The notes under the pieces: model-generated
Seen by the model: only the letters and a program-made list of their open reading frames with translations
Database searches by the model: none
Told to the model about the DNA's origin: nothing
In this document: piece by piece, positions 39,417 to 50,317 of the stretch
How the letters are laid out: each line of letters starts with the position of its first letter
Position numbering within the stretch: the stretch's first letter is position 1
Program-made: the position numbers and the translations under genes
Origin: Pseudomonadota bacterium
GTDB taxonomy: Bacteria; Pseudomonadota; Gammaproteobacteria; Burkholderiales; Burkholderiaceae_C
NCBI GenBank assembly: GCA_041182225.1
Contig: JBEGOC010000206.1
Coordinates: forward strand, 14,194-78,193
Direction: 5' to 3'
Length of the DNA: 64,000 nt

Positions 39417-41687
39417 TTAAGCCAACCGCAGCGGCAGGGCGCGTAGCCGCTGACCGGTCAGCGCAAACAGGGCGTTGGCCACCGCCGGCGCGATGGGCGG
39501 CGTGCCGGGCTCGCCCACACCCTCGGGCGGGGCGTCGCTGGGGATGATTTCGGTGTGAACAACGGGGCAATCAGCCAGGCGAAGCACCGGGTAGTCATGA
39601 AAATTGGACTGCTGCACCTGACCCTTGCGGATGGTGATGTCGCCAAACAGGGCCGCTGACAGGCCGAACACAATGGCGCTTTCCATTTGCTGTGCAATCA
39701 GATTCGGGTTGATCGGCTGGCCGCAGTCAATGGCGCACCAGACCTGATGAACCCGGATGCGTTTGTCGGGCCCGACCGACACCTCGGCCACCTGCGCCAC
39801 GATGGCGCCAAAGGACTGGTGCAGGGCAATACCGCGTGCCCGCGTCCGACCGTCAGCTGGCGGGGCCACCGGCTTACTCCAGCCGGCCATGGCGGCTGCC
39901 GCCTGCAGGACGCGCAGGTGGCGTGGATGGCGTTTGAGCAGGGCGGCCCGGTAGGCGACCGGGTCCTGCCTGGCGGCGGCCGCCACCTCATCCAGAAAAC
40001 TTTCCTTGAAAAAAGCCTGGTGCGAATGGCCGACCGAGCGCCAAAAGCCCACCGGGACGCCGAGGTCGACGATTTCATGGCCGATGCGGGCGGCCGGCCA
40101 CTCATAGGGTTGGTCGAACGCCCCTTCGGAGCTGGTTTTGTCCGGCCCGGCCGCTGGCAGGCCAAACAGGCGATTGAGTGCCTGCGGCACGATGGCCTGG
40201 CCGGCGGAGGTGTTTTTCCAGGCCAGCAACTCACCATTGGCGCCGAGGCCGGCGGTAAAACGCGACACGCAGGCTGGCCGGTAAAAGTCGTGCCGCATGT
40301 CCTGTTCGCGCGTCCAAAGGGTTTGCACCGGGGCGCCGCCGGCCTCGCGGGCAACGGCGGCTGCCTGGGCAATAAAGTCGACGTCCAGGCGGCGGCCAAA
40401 GCCACCACCGAGGAATTGCACCTGCACGTCGACCTTGTCGTTGGCTAGCCCCAGCACTGCCGCAACCGCGTCGCGCGCCAGCCCGGGCACCTGGGTCGAG
40501 ACCCAGACGGTGGCCGAGCCGTCCTTGACCTGCACCGTGCAGTTCAGCGGCTCCATCGCCGCGTGGGCCAGGTAGGGTGCCCGGTATTCGGCGCTGAGGC
40601 TGCGGCTGGCGCCGGCCAGCGCCGCGTCCACGTCGCCCCGTTTGAAGTAGGCAAAACCGGCCTCGCGGTCCAGGGTTTGCGCCAACTGATCCATCAGTTG
40701 GTCGCTGTCCATGGCAGCATTGGCACCGTGGTTCCATTCGACCGAGATGCGGGCCAGCGCCTGCCGGGCGCGGTGGCTGCTGTCGGCGATCACGGCCACG
40801 CCGGCCGGACTGCCGTTGTAGGAGGCAACGGCGAACACCTTTTTCACGCCCGGCAGTGTTTCGGCCTGACTCGCGTCAAAACGCAGCAAGGTACCGCCCA
40901 GCGTTGGGCACATCAGCAGGCCGGCATGCAGAAGTCCGGTGGGCTTCACGTCGATGCCGAATATCGCGCTGCCATTCACTTTGGCCATCGTCTCCAGCCG
41001 CGGCCGCGGCTGGCCGATCAGTTTGAATTGGGCTGGCGTCTTCAGCACCGGTTTTTTGGGCTGCGGCTGGGTGGCTGCCAGGGCGGCCAACTCGCCAAAG
41101 CTCGCGGATCGGCCCGAGCTGTGCAGCACGCGCCCGGCCAGCGTACGGCATTCGCCGGCGGGCACTGCCCATTGCTTTGCCGCGGCTGCCAGTAGCATGG
41201 CCCGCGCCGAGGCACCGGCTTCGCGCATGGGCAGCCACAGGTCCTTCAGGCTGGACGAGCCGCCCGTCATCATGATGCCAAACTCGCGCATGGCCTTGGC
41301 CGTGAGCCAGCCTGCCAGGCGCTTGACGGCGCCATCGTCATCGGGGTGAAAGGGCAGGCCGTCCACCACCGTGGCCAGGTTGTTGTAAATCTTGTCGATC
41401 GGTGACGCTTCGACCCGCACTTGGGACCAGTCGGCGTCAAGCTCCTCGGCCAGCAGCATGGCCAAACCGGTGTGCACCCCCTGGCCCATTTCGGATTTGG
41501 CCATCACCACGGTCACCGTGTTGTCAGCGCCAATACTTACCCAGCCGTTGAGCGCGCGCTGGCCCAGCCGCTCGGGCCGTGGCTGCGCGGTCAGCAGGCG
41601 CTGCCTTGGCGGCATGACAGACCAGCCGACCACCAGTGCGCCGGCGGCAGTGGCGCTGCCCAATAGCCATGTTCTGCGTGTGACCAT
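39417..41687 (-). CDS. Second molybdenum hydroxylase large subunit (IorB-type), Tat-like signal, no adjacent small subunit
   Basis: [47 protein letters not shown]; start trimmed to ATG 41687. Confidence 0.92.
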   Translation of the reverse strand: MVTRRTWLLGSATAAGALVVGWSVMPPRQRLLTAQPRPERLGQRALNGWVSIGADNTVTVVMAKSEMGQGVHTGLAMLLAEELDADWSQVRVEASPIDKIYNNLATVVDGLPFHPDDDGAVKRLAGWLTAKAMREFGIMMTGGSSSLKDLWLPMREAGASARAMLLAAAAKQWAVPAGECRTLAGRVLHSSGRSASFGELAALAATQPQPKKPVLKTPAQFKLIGQPRPRLETMAKVNGSAIFGIDVKPTGLLHAGLLMCPTLGGTLLRFDASQAETLPGVKKVFAVASYNGSPAGVAVIADSSHRARQALARISVEWNHGANAAMDSDQLMDQLAQTLDREAGFAYFKRGDVDAALAGASRSLSAEYRAPYLAHAAMEPLNCTVQVKDGSATVWVSTQVPGLARDAVAAVLGLANDKVDVQVQFLGGGFGRRLDVDFIAQAAAVAREAGGAPVQTLWTREQDMRHDFYRPACVSRFTAGLGANGELLAWKNTSAGQAIVPQALNRLFGLPAAGPDKTSSEGAFDQPYEWPAARIGHEIVDLGVPVGFWRSVGHSHQAFFKESFLDEVAAAARQDPVAYRAALLKRHPRHLRVLQAAAAMAGWSKPVAPPADGRTRARGIALHQSFGAIVAQVAEVSVGPDKRIRVHQVWCAIDCGQPINPNLIAQQMESAIVFGLSAALFGDITIRKGQVQQSNFHDYPVLRLADCPVVHTEIIPSDAPPEGVGEPGTPPIAPAVANALFALTGQRLRALPLRLA

Positions 41688-41823
41688 CCAATGTCCTTGT
41701 TGTGGGCCCGAGGAAAGTGGGCCGGACCGATGGTACTGTTTTTGCTGGCGGGCAGCCTGGGCCGGAAGCTGAGGTTTAATTGGGCGATGACCTTGTTCCT
41801 GCACCGTTCCCAGAAAGACTGCC

Positions 41824-42426
41824 ATGCTGCTTGACGTCTCCCAATCCCAGCTGGTGCTGGTGGACTACCAGTCCCGCTTGATGCCTGTGATCTGGGAGGC
41901 CGACGCAGTCGCGGCGAATGCGGTGCGTCTGGGCACGCTGGCGCAGTTGATGGGCGTACCCTGCTGGGGCACCGAGCAAAACCCGTCCCGATTGGGCCAA
42001 AACCTGCCAGCCATCCGAGGCTTGTGTGGCCAAACCTTGAGCAAAATGCACTTCAGCGCGGTGGAGGAGGGTTTGGGCGAATGGCTGCGCCCGCCTGCCA
42101 AGCCGCAAGGCGGCAATGCGCGCAGCCTGCCCAAGCATTTGCAGAAGCCCATCGGCGGTCCGCCGCAGCGCGACACGGTGGTGATTGCCGGCTGCGAGGC
42201 CCATGTCTGCCTGCTGCAAACCGCCCTGGATCTGATGGAGGATGAGTTTGACGTGTGGGTCGTGACGGATGCCTGCAGTTCCCGGACCGAACGCAACCGC
42301 GACGCCGCCTTTGACCGGCTGGCCGGCGCAGGCGCAGAATTGGTCACGACCGAGATGGTGGGGTTCGAGTGGCTGCGCACAGCCGAACATCCCGCGTTCA
42401 AGGCAGTCCATGGCCTGATCAAGTGA
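41824..42426 (+). CDS. Isochorismatase (YcaC-like) cysteine hydrolase
   Basis: LVDYQSRL, TEQNP, KMHFS, GCEAHVCLLQTALD, DACSSR. Confidence 0.9.
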   Translation: MLLDVSQSQLVLVDYQSRLMPVIWEADAVAANAVRLGTLAQLMGVPCWGTEQNPSRLGQNLPAIRGLCGQTLSKMHFSAVEEGLGEWLRPPAKPQGGNARSLPKHLQKPIGGPPQRDTVVIAGCEAHVCLLQTALDLMEDEFDVWVVTDACSSRTERNRDAAFDRLAGAGAELVTTEMVGFEWLRTAEHPAFKAVHGLIK

Positions 42427-42503
42427 TGGGCCGCGGTGGCGGGCGTCGGCGTCTGCCGCCCGGGGTCGCCTTGGGACAAGTCAGTCTGTAGCAAGCTGCT
42501 TCG

Positions 42504-42515
42504 TCATAATTATGA
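42504..42515. promoter_or_regulatory. Perfect 12-bp palindrome upstream of prpE
   Basis: TCATAATTATGA, containing CATAAT -10-like hexamer. Confidence 0.4.
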
Positions 42516-42548
42516 ATTCAGTTTGATGCACCGAGTGGAGACATAACC

Positions 42549-44450
42549 ATGACAGCCTACGCCGATTTCTATCGCCGCTCGATCAACGAGCCTGAGTCCT
42601 TTTGGGCTGAACAGGCAAGACTGATCGACTGGCAGGTCGCCCCTGCCACCATCTGTGACAACACCCAGCCGCCTTTCGCCAGGTGGTTTGTCGGCGGCAC
42701 GACCAACCTGTGCCACAACGCGGTGGACCGGCACCTGGTGGATCGGCCCGACCAGGCCGCGCTGATCTTTGTGTCGACCGAGACCAACCAGGAGCGCGTG
42801 TACTCGTTCCGCGAGTTGCATGCTGAAGTGCAGCGCATGGCCGCCGTGTTGCGCCACCTGGGGGTGCAAAAGGGGGATCGGGTGCTGATCTACATGCCGA
42901 TGATTGCCGAGGCCGCGTTTGCCATGCTGGCCTGCGCGCGTTTGGGCGCACTCCACTCGGTGGTGTTTGGCGGGTTCGCCTCGGGCTCGCTAGCTTCGCG
43001 CATCGAGGATGCATCTCCCCGGCTGGTCATCAGCGCCGATGCGGGCTCGCGCGGCGGCAAGGTGGTGGAGTACAAGCCGCTGCTGGATGAGGCGATCCGC
43101 CTGTCGGCTCACAAACCGGAGTCGGTCTTGCTGGTGGACCGGCAACTGGCGGCCATGGCGCTGACGGCCGGACGCGATCATCTTTGGAGCCCCCTGCGTG
43201 AGCAACACCTGAGCACGGTGGTCAAGTGTGAATGGGTCGAGGCGACGCATCCCAGTTACACGCTCTACACCAGCGGCACCACCGGCAAGCCCAAGGGCGT
43301 GCAGCGCGACACTGGCGGCTACGCCGTGGCCCTGGCGGCCAGCATGAAACACATTTTTGACGGACGGGCGGGCGAAACCTATTTCTCCACCAGCGACATC
43401 GGCTGGGTGGTGGGCCACAGCTACATCATCTACGGGCCGCTGATCGCGGGCATGGCCACCATCATGTACGAAGGCCTGCCCATCCGCCCGGACGGTGGCG
43501 TGTGGTGGAGTCTGGTCGAGAAATACAAGGTGACGGTCATGTTCAGCGCCCCGACGGCGGTGCGGGTGCTGAAAAAGCAGGACCCGGCGCTGCTGAAAAA
43601 ATACGATCTGTCCAGCCTGCGCGCCCTGTTTCTGGCCGGAGAGCCGCTGGATGAACCCACCGCGCGCTGGATCGCCGACGGTCTGCGTGTGCCCATCATC
43701 GACAACTACTGGCAGACCGAAAGCGGCTGGCCGATCCTGGCCATCGCCAATGGCGTCGAGAAGACGCCCAGCAAATTCGGCAGCCCGGGTGTGCCGATGT
43801 ACGGCTACAAGGTCAAACTGCTGGATGACCAGACGGGCGAGGAACTGACCGCCCCCAACCAAAAGGGCGTGGTGGCGATTGAAGGGCCGCTGCCGCCCGG
43901 CTGCATGCAGACGGTGTGGCGTGACGATGAGCGCTTTGTCAAGACCTATTGGTCCAGCGTGCCGGGCAAGCAGGTCTACAGCACCTTTGACTGGGGCATC
44001 CGGGACGCAGATGGTTACTTCTTCATTCTCGGCCGCACCGACGATGTGATCAATGTGGCGGGGCACCGGCTGGGCACCCGCGAGATCGAGGAGAGCATTT
44101 CGGCCCACCCCAATGTGGCGGAAGTGGCGGTGGTCGGTGTGGCTGACCAGCTCAAAGGCCAGGTTGCGATGGCCTTTGCCGTGGCCAAGGATGCCAGCGG
44201 CCTGACCGACGCCAGTGCCCGGCTGCGGCTGGAGGGCGAGATCATGAAACTGGTGGACCGCGATCTGGGGGCGGTGGCCCGCCCGGCACGGGTGCTGTTT
44301 GTGTCGGCGCTGCCCAAGACGCGCAGCGGCAAGCTGCTGCGCCGCGCCATGCAAGCGGTGTGCGAGGGGCGCGATGCCGGCGACCTGACCACCATGGAAG
44401 ATCCGGCCGCCTTGCAGCAGATTCGGGATGTGATGGTGCCGTCAGTTTGA
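42549..44450 (+). CDS. prpE: Propionate--CoA ligase
   Basis: NLCHNAVDRH, YTSGTTGKPKGVQRDTGG, SDIGWVVGHSY, DNYWQTE, PKTRSGK. Confidence 0.93.
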   Translation: MTAYADFYRRSINEPESFWAEQARLIDWQVAPATICDNTQPPFARWFVGGTTNLCHNAVDRHLVDRPDQAALIFVSTETNQERVYSFRELHAEVQRMAAVLRHLGVQKGDRVLIYMPMIAEAAFAMLACARLGALHSVVFGGFASGSLASRIEDASPRLVISADAGSRGGKVVEYKPLLDEAIRLSAHKPESVLLVDRQLAAMALTAGRDHLWSPLREQHLSTVVKCEWVEATHPSYTLYTSGTTGKPKGVQRDTGGYAVALAASMKHIFDGRAGETYFSTSDIGWVVGHSYIIYGPLIAGMATIMYEGLPIRPDGGVWWSLVEKYKVTVMFSAPTAVRVLKKQDPALLKKYDLSSLRALFLAGEPLDEPTARWIADGLRVPIIDNYWQTESGWPILAIANGVEKTPSKFGSPGVPMYGYKVKLLDDQTGEELTAPNQKGVVAIEGPLPPGCMQTVWRDDERFVKTYWSSVPGKQVYSTFDWGIRDADGYFFILGRTDDVINVAGHRLGTREIEESISAHPNVAEVAVVGVADQLKGQVAMAFAVAKDASGLTDASARLRLEGEIMKLVDRDLGAVARPARVLFVSALPKTRSGKLLRRAMQAVCEGRDAGDLTTMEDPAALQQIRDVMVPSV

Positions 44451-44510
44451 CGTTTTCAATCGGTGGCACAATCCTGGTCCAGTTACTAGGCCCTTCCCAC
44501 GCCACAGTCG

Positions 44511-44600
44511 CATCCGCCAAACGGTCCAGCCGTGACGCGGAAGGTTAATTAAAGAGCTTTAACCAGCTAATGTTTCCTGCAGGGAAACGGAGGTCAGCGG
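44511..44600 (+). ncRNA. sucA RNA motif (Burkholderiales cis-regulatory leader)
   Basis: TCCGC/GCGGA stem enclosing ACGG/CCGT, GGTTAA/TTAACC stem, GTTTCC/GGAAAC stem next to GGAGG RBS; directly 5' of sucA; recognised from memory, no covariance model run. Confidence 0.8.
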
Positions 44601-44603
44601 AAC

Positions 44604-47504
44604 ATGAATGAATCAAACGCCCCACGGGCGACGACGGCCTCGTCCGTCTACCAGGCCTACCAGGCCAACACCTACCTGTTTGGGGGCAATGCCCCGTACG
44701 TCGAGGAGATGTACGAAAACTACCTGGCCAATCCGGGCAGCGTGCCCGACAACTGGCGCGACTACTTTGACGCCTTGCAACACGTGCCGGCCGTGGACGG
44801 TTCCAGCGCCAAAGATGTCCCCCACCTGCCTGTCATCAACGCCTTTGCCGAGCGCGCCAAGCAGGGCGGCACCAAAGTGGTGCTGGCCAGTGTCGATGTC
44901 GAGATGGGACGCAAGCGCACCGCCGTCCAGCAGCTGATCGCGGCCTACCGCAATGTCGGGGCCCGCTGGGCCGACCTCGATCCGCTCAAACGCACCGAGC
45001 GCGACCACATTCCCGAACTCGACCCGGCGTTTTACGGTTTCAACGATGCCGATCAGGAAGCGGTTTTCAACACCAGCAACACCTTCTTCGGCAAGGAGAG
45101 CATGAGCCTGCGCGAGCTGATGAACGCGCTGCGCCAGACCTACTGCGGCACCATCGGCGCCGAGTACATGTATGCCACTGACCAGAACCAGAAACGCTGG
45201 TGGCAACAAAAACTCGAGAGCATCCGTAGCAAGCCGAATTTTGACGCTGAAAAGAAGAAGCACATTCTGGACCGGCTGACCGCTGCGGAGGGTCTGGAGC
45301 GTTTTCTGCACACCAAGTATGTGGGGCAGAAGCGTTTTTCGCTGGAGGGTGGCGAGAGCTTCATCGCCTCCATGGACGAGCTGATCCAGATGGCCGGCGC
45401 CAAGGGTGTGCAGGAAATCGTGATCGGCATGGCGCACCGGGGCCGGCTCAATGTGCTGGTGAATTCACTGGGCAAGATGCCCGCCGATCTGTTTGCCGAG
45501 TTCGACCACACCGCCCCCGAGGAACTGCCCAGTGGCGACGTCAAATACCACCAGGGCTTCAGCTCCGATGTGTCCACCCCTGGCGGGCCGGTGCACCTGA
45601 CCCTGGCGTTCAACCCGTCGCACCTGGAGATTGTGAATCCGGTGGTGGAGGGCTCGGTGCGCGCCCGCATGGACCGCCGCGGCGACCCGCTGGGCAAACA
45701 GGTGCTGCCGGTGCTGGTGCACGGTGACGCTGCTTTTGCCGGCCAGGGGGTGGTGATGGAGACGCTTGCGCTGGCCGAGACCCGGGGTTATTCCACCGGC
45801 GGCACGGTGCACATTGTGATCAACAACCAGATCGGTTTCACCACCAGCGACCCGCGCGACAGCCGCTCCACGTTGTACTGCTCGGACATCGTCAAGATGA
45901 TCGAGTCGCCGGTGCTGCACGTCAATGGCGACGACCCCGAGGCTGTGGTGCTGGCGACCCAGCTGGCGCTGGAGTTCCGCATGGAGTTCCGCAAAGATGT
46001 GGTGGTCGACATCATCTGCTTCCGCAAGCTCGGCCACAACGAGCAGGACACGCCGGCACTGACGCAGCCGCTGATGTACAAGAAAATCGCCCAGCACCCC
46101 GGCACGCGGCGCCTGTATGCCGACAAACTGGCCGCGCAGGGCCTGGGCGCAGAGCTGGGCGACGACATGGTCAAGGCCTACCGCGCCGCGATGGATGCCG
46201 GTAAGCACACGGTTGACCCGGTGCTGACCAACTTCAAGAGCAAGTACGCGGTGGACTGGGCGCCTTACATGGGCAAAAAGTGGACCGACGTCGGCGACAC
46301 CGCGATTCCGATGGCCGAATGGAAGCGCCTGGCGCAGCGCCTGACCACGCTGCCCGCCAACATCACGCCGCACCAACTGGTGCGCAAGGTCTATGACGAC
46401 CGCGCCGCCATGGGGCGGGGTGACCTGCCGGTCGACTGGGGCATGGGCGAGCACATGGCGTTTGCCTCCCTGGTGGCCAGCGGCTACCCGGTGCGCCTGA
46501 GTGGCGAGGACTGCGGCCGCGGCACCTTCACCCATCGGCACGCCGTGATCCATGACCAGAATCGGGAGAAATTCGACGAAGGCATGTACACCCCGCTGCA
46601 AAACGTGGCGGATGGCCAGTCGCCCTTTGTGGTGATCGACTCCATCCTGTCGGAAGAAGCGGTGCTGGCGTTTGAGTACGGTTATGCCTCCAACGACCCC
46701 AACACCCTGGTCATCTGGGAAGCCCAGTTTGGCGACTTTGTCAACGGCGCCCAGGTGGTGATCGACCAGTTCATCGCCTCGGGCGAGGTGAAGTGGGGCC
46801 GGGTCAACGGCATCACCCTGATGCTGCCGCATGGTTATGAAGGTCAGGGTCCGGAGCACAGCTCGGCCCGGCTCGAGCGCTTCATGCAGCTCAGCGCCGA
46901 CACCAACATGCAGGTGGTGCAACCGACCACTGCCAGCCAGATCTTCCACATCTTGCGGCGGCAAATGGTGCGCAACATCCGCAAGCCCTTGATCATCATG
47001 ACGCCCAAGTCGCTGCTGCGCAACAAGGATGCCACGTCACCGCTCTTGGAATTCACCAAAGGCAGCTTCCAGACCATCATTCCGGAGCAAAAGGACGACA
47101 TTGGCAAGAAAGCTGACAAAGTCCGCCGGGTGGTGGCCTGCTCCGGCAAGGTGTACTACGACCTGGTTAAGAAACGGGAAGAAAAAGGCTTTGACGACGT
47201 GGCCATCCTGCGCGTCGAGCAGTTGTACCCGTTCCCACACAAGGCTTTTTCGAACGAGTTGAAAAAATACGCCCAAGCGACCGAGGTCGTGTGGTGCCAG
47301 GACGAGCCGCAAAACCAGGGTGCCTGGTTCTTTGTCCAGCATTACATTCACGAGAACATGCTCGAGGGACAAAAACTGGGCTATTCAGGCCGGACCGCCT
47401 CGGCGTCGCCAGCCGTTGGCTATTCCCACCTGCACCAGGAACAGCAGAAGGCGCTGGTCGAGGGCGCGTTCGGCAAGCTCAAAGGGTTCATCCTGACCAA
47501 ATAA
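44604..47504 (+). CDS. sucA: 2-oxoglutarate dehydrogenase E1
   Basis: KRFSLEGGE, GMAHRGRLN, HGDAAFAGQG, LPHGYEGQGPEHSS. Confidence 0.98.
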   Translation: MNESNAPRATTASSVYQAYQANTYLFGGNAPYVEEMYENYLANPGSVPDNWRDYFDALQHVPAVDGSSAKDVPHLPVINAFAERAKQGGTKVVLASVDVEMGRKRTAVQQLIAAYRNVGARWADLDPLKRTERDHIPELDPAFYGFNDADQEAVFNTSNTFFGKESMSLRELMNALRQTYCGTIGAEYMYATDQNQKRWWQQKLESIRSKPNFDAEKKKHILDRLTAAEGLERFLHTKYVGQKRFSLEGGESFIASMDELIQMAGAKGVQEIVIGMAHRGRLNVLVNSLGKMPADLFAEFDHTAPEELPSGDVKYHQGFSSDVSTPGGPVHLTLAFNPSHLEIVNPVVEGSVRARMDRRGDPLGKQVLPVLVHGDAAFAGQGVVMETLALAETRGYSTGGTVHIVINNQIGFTTSDPRDSRSTLYCSDIVKMIESPVLHVNGDDPEAVVLATQLALEFRMEFRKDVVVDIICFRKLGHNEQDTPALTQPLMYKKIAQHPGTRRLYADKLAAQGLGAELGDDMVKAYRAAMDAGKHTVDPVLTNFKSKYAVDWAPYMGKKWTDVGDTAIPMAEWKRLAQRLTTLPANITPHQLVRKVYDDRAAMGRGDLPVDWGMGEHMAFASLVASGYPVRLSGEDCGRGTFTHRHAVIHDQNREKFDEGMYTPLQNVADGQSPFVVIDSILSEEAVLAFEYGYASNDPNTLVIWEAQFGDFVNGAQVVIDQFIASGEVKWGRVNGITLMLPHGYEGQGPEHSSARLERFMQLSADTNMQVVQPTTASQIFHILRRQMVRNIRKPLIIMTPKSLLRNKDATSPLLEFTKGSFQTIIPEQKDDIGKKADKVRRVVACSGKVYYDLVKKREEKGFDDVAILRVEQLYPFPHKAFSNELKKYAQATEVVWCQDEPQNQGAWFFVQHYIHENMLEGQKLGYSGRTASASPAVGYSHLHQEQQKALVEGAFGKLKGFILTK

Positions 47505-47561
47505 GGTCGGCGCGCGCTCCCTGAAAAGCGCGCCTTCCCCCAATACATTGAAAGAAAAGTC

Positions 47562-48818
47562 ATGGCGATCGTAGAAGTCAAAGTCCCGCAGCTGTCCGAA
47601 TCGGTGGCCGAAGCCACCATGCTCCAATGGAAAAAAAGGGCTGGGGATACCGTTGCGGTGGATGAAATCCTGATCGAGATCGAGACGGACAAGGTGGTGC
47701 TGGAGGTGCCGGCCCCAAGCGCTGGCGTGCTGGTCGACATTCTGGTGGCGGATGGTGGCACGGTGGTGGCCGATCAGTTGATCGCCCGCATCGACACCGA
47801 AGGCCGCGCGGGTCAGGCGGTGGTACCTGCCGCGCTTGCTCCTGTGGCTGCGGCGGCGGCCGCGCCGGGCAGCGCGTCCATGGCCGGTGTGGCCATGCCG
47901 GCCGCGGCCAAGCTGATGGCCGACCAGCAGCTCGCCCCGGGCTCGGTGCCTGGCACCGGCCGCGACGGTCGCGTCACCAAGGGCGATGTCCTGGGTGCCG
48001 TGGCGGCTGCGGCTATCGCACCTTCTGCTCCTAAAGTAATAGCGGTACCTGTAGCTCCGACAAGGGCTGCAGCCCCATTACTGCCTCAGGTGGCGGCACC
48101 GGCGGTGTCGCTGGGCGACCGCCCGGAGCAGCGCGTGCCAATGAGCCGGTTGCGGGCCCGCGTGGCCGAGCGCCTGTTGCAGTCCCAGTCGAGCAACGCC
48201 ATTCTGACCACCTTCAATGAGGTCAACATGGCGCCAGTGATGGAGATGCGCAAACGGTTCCAGGACAAGTTTGAAAAAGAGCATGGCGTCAAGATCGGCT
48301 TCATGAGTTTCTTCGTCAAGGCCGCAGTGCATGCGCTCAAGAAATACCCGGTGCTCAATGCCTCGGTGGACGGCAACGACATCGTGTACCACGGCTACTT
48401 TGACATCGGTATCGCGGTGGGATCGCCGCGCGGTCTGGTGGTGCCCATCCTGCGCAACGCCGACCAGATGAGTTTTGCCGACATCGAGAAGAAAATTGCC
48501 GAATACGGCGCCAAGGCCCGTGACGGCAAGCTCGGCATCGAGGAAATGACCGGCGGCACCTTTTCCATCTCGAACGGCGGGGTGTTCGGCTCCATGCTGT
48601 CCACCCCCATCATCAACCCGCCGCAGTCGGCGATCCTGGGGGTGCATGCCACCAAGGACCGTGCGGTGGTGGAGAACGGTCAGGTGGTCGTGCGCCCGAT
48701 CAACTACCTGGCCATGAGCTACGACCACCGCATCATCGACGGCCGCGAGGCGGTGTTGGGCCTGGTTGCGATGAAAGAGGCGCTGGAAGACCCAGCCAGG
48801 CTGCTGTTTGACATCTGA
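47562..48818 (+). CDS. sucB: Dihydrolipoamide succinyltransferase E2
   Basis: Lipoyl [25 protein letters not shown]. Confidence 0.98.
   Translation: MAIVEVKVPQLSESVAEATMLQWKKRAGDTVAVDEILIEIETDKVVLEVPAPSAGVLVDILVADGGTVVADQLIARIDTEGRAGQAVVPAALAPVAAAAAAPGSASMAGVAMPAAAKLMADQQLAPGSVPGTGRDGRVTKGDVLGAVAAAAIAPSAPKVIAVPVAPTRAAAPLLPQVAAPAVSLGDRPEQRVPMSRLRARVAERLLQSQSSNAILTTFNEVNMAPVMEMRKRFQDKFEKEHGVKIGFMSFFVKAAVHALKKYPVLNASVDGNDIVYHGYFDIGIAVGSPRGLVVPILRNADQMSFADIEKKIAEYGAKARDGKLGIEEMTGGTFSISNGGVFGSMLSTPIINPPQSAILGVHATKDRAVVENGQVVVRPINYLAMSYDHRIIDGREAVLGLVAMKEALEDPARLLFDI
48026..48089 (-). repeat. ~60-bp palindromic repeat, copy 4 (in-frame in sucB linker)
   Basis: Minus strand AGCCCTTGTC then core GCTAT-tacttta-GGAGCA; CCTTG starts 22 nt before the core; run of A/T-ending codons. 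Confidence 0.65.
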
Positions 48819-48831
48819 AGGCGGTATCACC

Positions 48832-50259
48832 ATGAGCAAAACCTTTGATGTCGTCGTGATCGGGGCCGGCCCTGGCGGCTATATCGCCGCGATTCGGGCC
48901 GCTCAGCTGGGCTTCAGCGTCGCCTGCGTGGACGCCTGGCGCAACAGCAAGGGTGGACCGGCCCCTGGCGGCACCTGCACCAATGTCGGATGTATCCCCT
49001 CCAAGGCGCTGTTGCAGTCGTCCGAGCATTTTGAGCATGCCGGTCACCACTTTGCCGAGCATGGCATTGGCGTCGCGGGTCTGACGCTGGACCTTGGCAA
49101 GATGATCGGCCGCAAGGACACGGTGGTCAAGCAGAACAACGACGGTATCCTGTTCCTGTTCAAGAAGAACAAGGTCAGTTTTTTTCATGGCCGTGCGTCC
49201 TTTGTCCGCGTGGTTGACGGTGTTTACGAGCTGGCTGTTGATGGCGCCGCGCCGCAAAACCTGTCGGGCAAGCAGGTGGTGATCGCCACCGGTTCCAGCG
49301 CCCGTGCATTGCCGGGCACGCCGTTTGATGAAAAAGACATCCTGTCGAATGAGGGCGCTCTGGCCCTGACCACCGTTCCAAAACGCCTGGGTCTGATTGG
49401 CTCTGGCGTCATCGGCCTGGAGATGGGCTCGGTCTGGCGGCGCCTTGGTGCCGAGGTGACGGTGCTGGAAGGCCTGCCGAATTTTCTCGGGGCCGTGGAC
49501 GAGCAAATCGCCAAGGAAGCCAAAAAAGCCTTCGACAAGCAAGGGCTGAAGATCAATCTGGGCGTCAAGGTCGGCGCTGTGACGGCGAGCGGTCAAGGCG
49601 TCAGCATCGCTTATTCGGACGCCAAAGGGGAAGCCCAGACGCTGGCTGTCGACAAACTGATTGTCTCCATTGGGCGGGTACCCAACACCGAGGGGCTCAA
49701 TGCGCAGGCGGTCGGGCTGCAGCTCGACGAGCGCGGCGCGATTGTGGTGGACGGCGACTGCCGCACCAACCTGCCGGGTGTGTGGGCGGTGGGCGATGTG
49801 GTGCGCGGACCCATGCTGGCGCACAAGGCAGAAGAAGAGGGCGTGGCGGTGGCTGAGCGCATCGCGGGCCAGCATGGTCATGTCGATTTCAACACCATTC
49901 CCTGGGTGATTTACACCAGCCCGGAAATCGCCTGGGTCGGGCAGACCGAGCAGCAGCTCAAGGCCAGCGGCCGCGCTTACAAGGCGGGAACGTTTCCGTT
50001 TCTGGCCAATGGCCGTGCGCGTGCGCTGGGCGACACCACCGGCATGGTCAAGATGCTGGCGGATGCGGCAACCGACGAAATCCTCGGCGTCCACATCGTG
50101 GGTCCGATGGCCAGTGAATTGATTGCGGAGTGTGTCGTGGCCATGGCATTCCGGGCCAGCAGCGAAGATCTGGCACGCATCTGCCACGCCCATCCATCCT
50201 TGAGTGAGGCCACCAAAGAGGCGGCGTTGGCGGTCGACAAACGAACCCTGAACTTCTAG
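48832..50259 (+). CDS. lpdA: Dihydrolipoamide dehydrogenase E3
   Basis: [33 protein letters not shown]. Confidence 0.97.
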   Translation: MSKTFDVVVIGAGPGGYIAAIRAAQLGFSVACVDAWRNSKGGPAPGGTCTNVGCIPSKALLQSSEHFEHAGHHFAEHGIGVAGLTLDLGKMIGRKDTVVKQNNDGILFLFKKNKVSFFHGRASFVRVVDGVYELAVDGAAPQNLSGKQVVIATGSSARALPGTPFDEKDILSNEGALALTTVPKRLGLIGSGVIGLEMGSVWRRLGAEVTVLEGLPNFLGAVDEQIAKEAKKAFDKQGLKINLGVKVGAVTASGQGVSIAYSDAKGEAQTLAVDKLIVSIGRVPNTEGLNAQAVGLQLDERGAIVVDGDCRTNLPGVWAVGDVVRGPMLAHKAEEEGVAVAERIAGQHGHVDFNTIPWVIYTSPEIAWVGQTEQQLKASGRAYKAGTFPFLANGRARALGDTTGMVKMLADAATDEILGVHIVGPMASELIAECVVAMAFRASSEDLARICHAHPSLSEATKEAALAVDKRTLNF

Positions 50260-50317
50260 GCGCAAGCGGCTTGGCTCCCGTGATGTCTCCGGCCCGGCTT
50301 TCGCAGAAGGGCATGCC

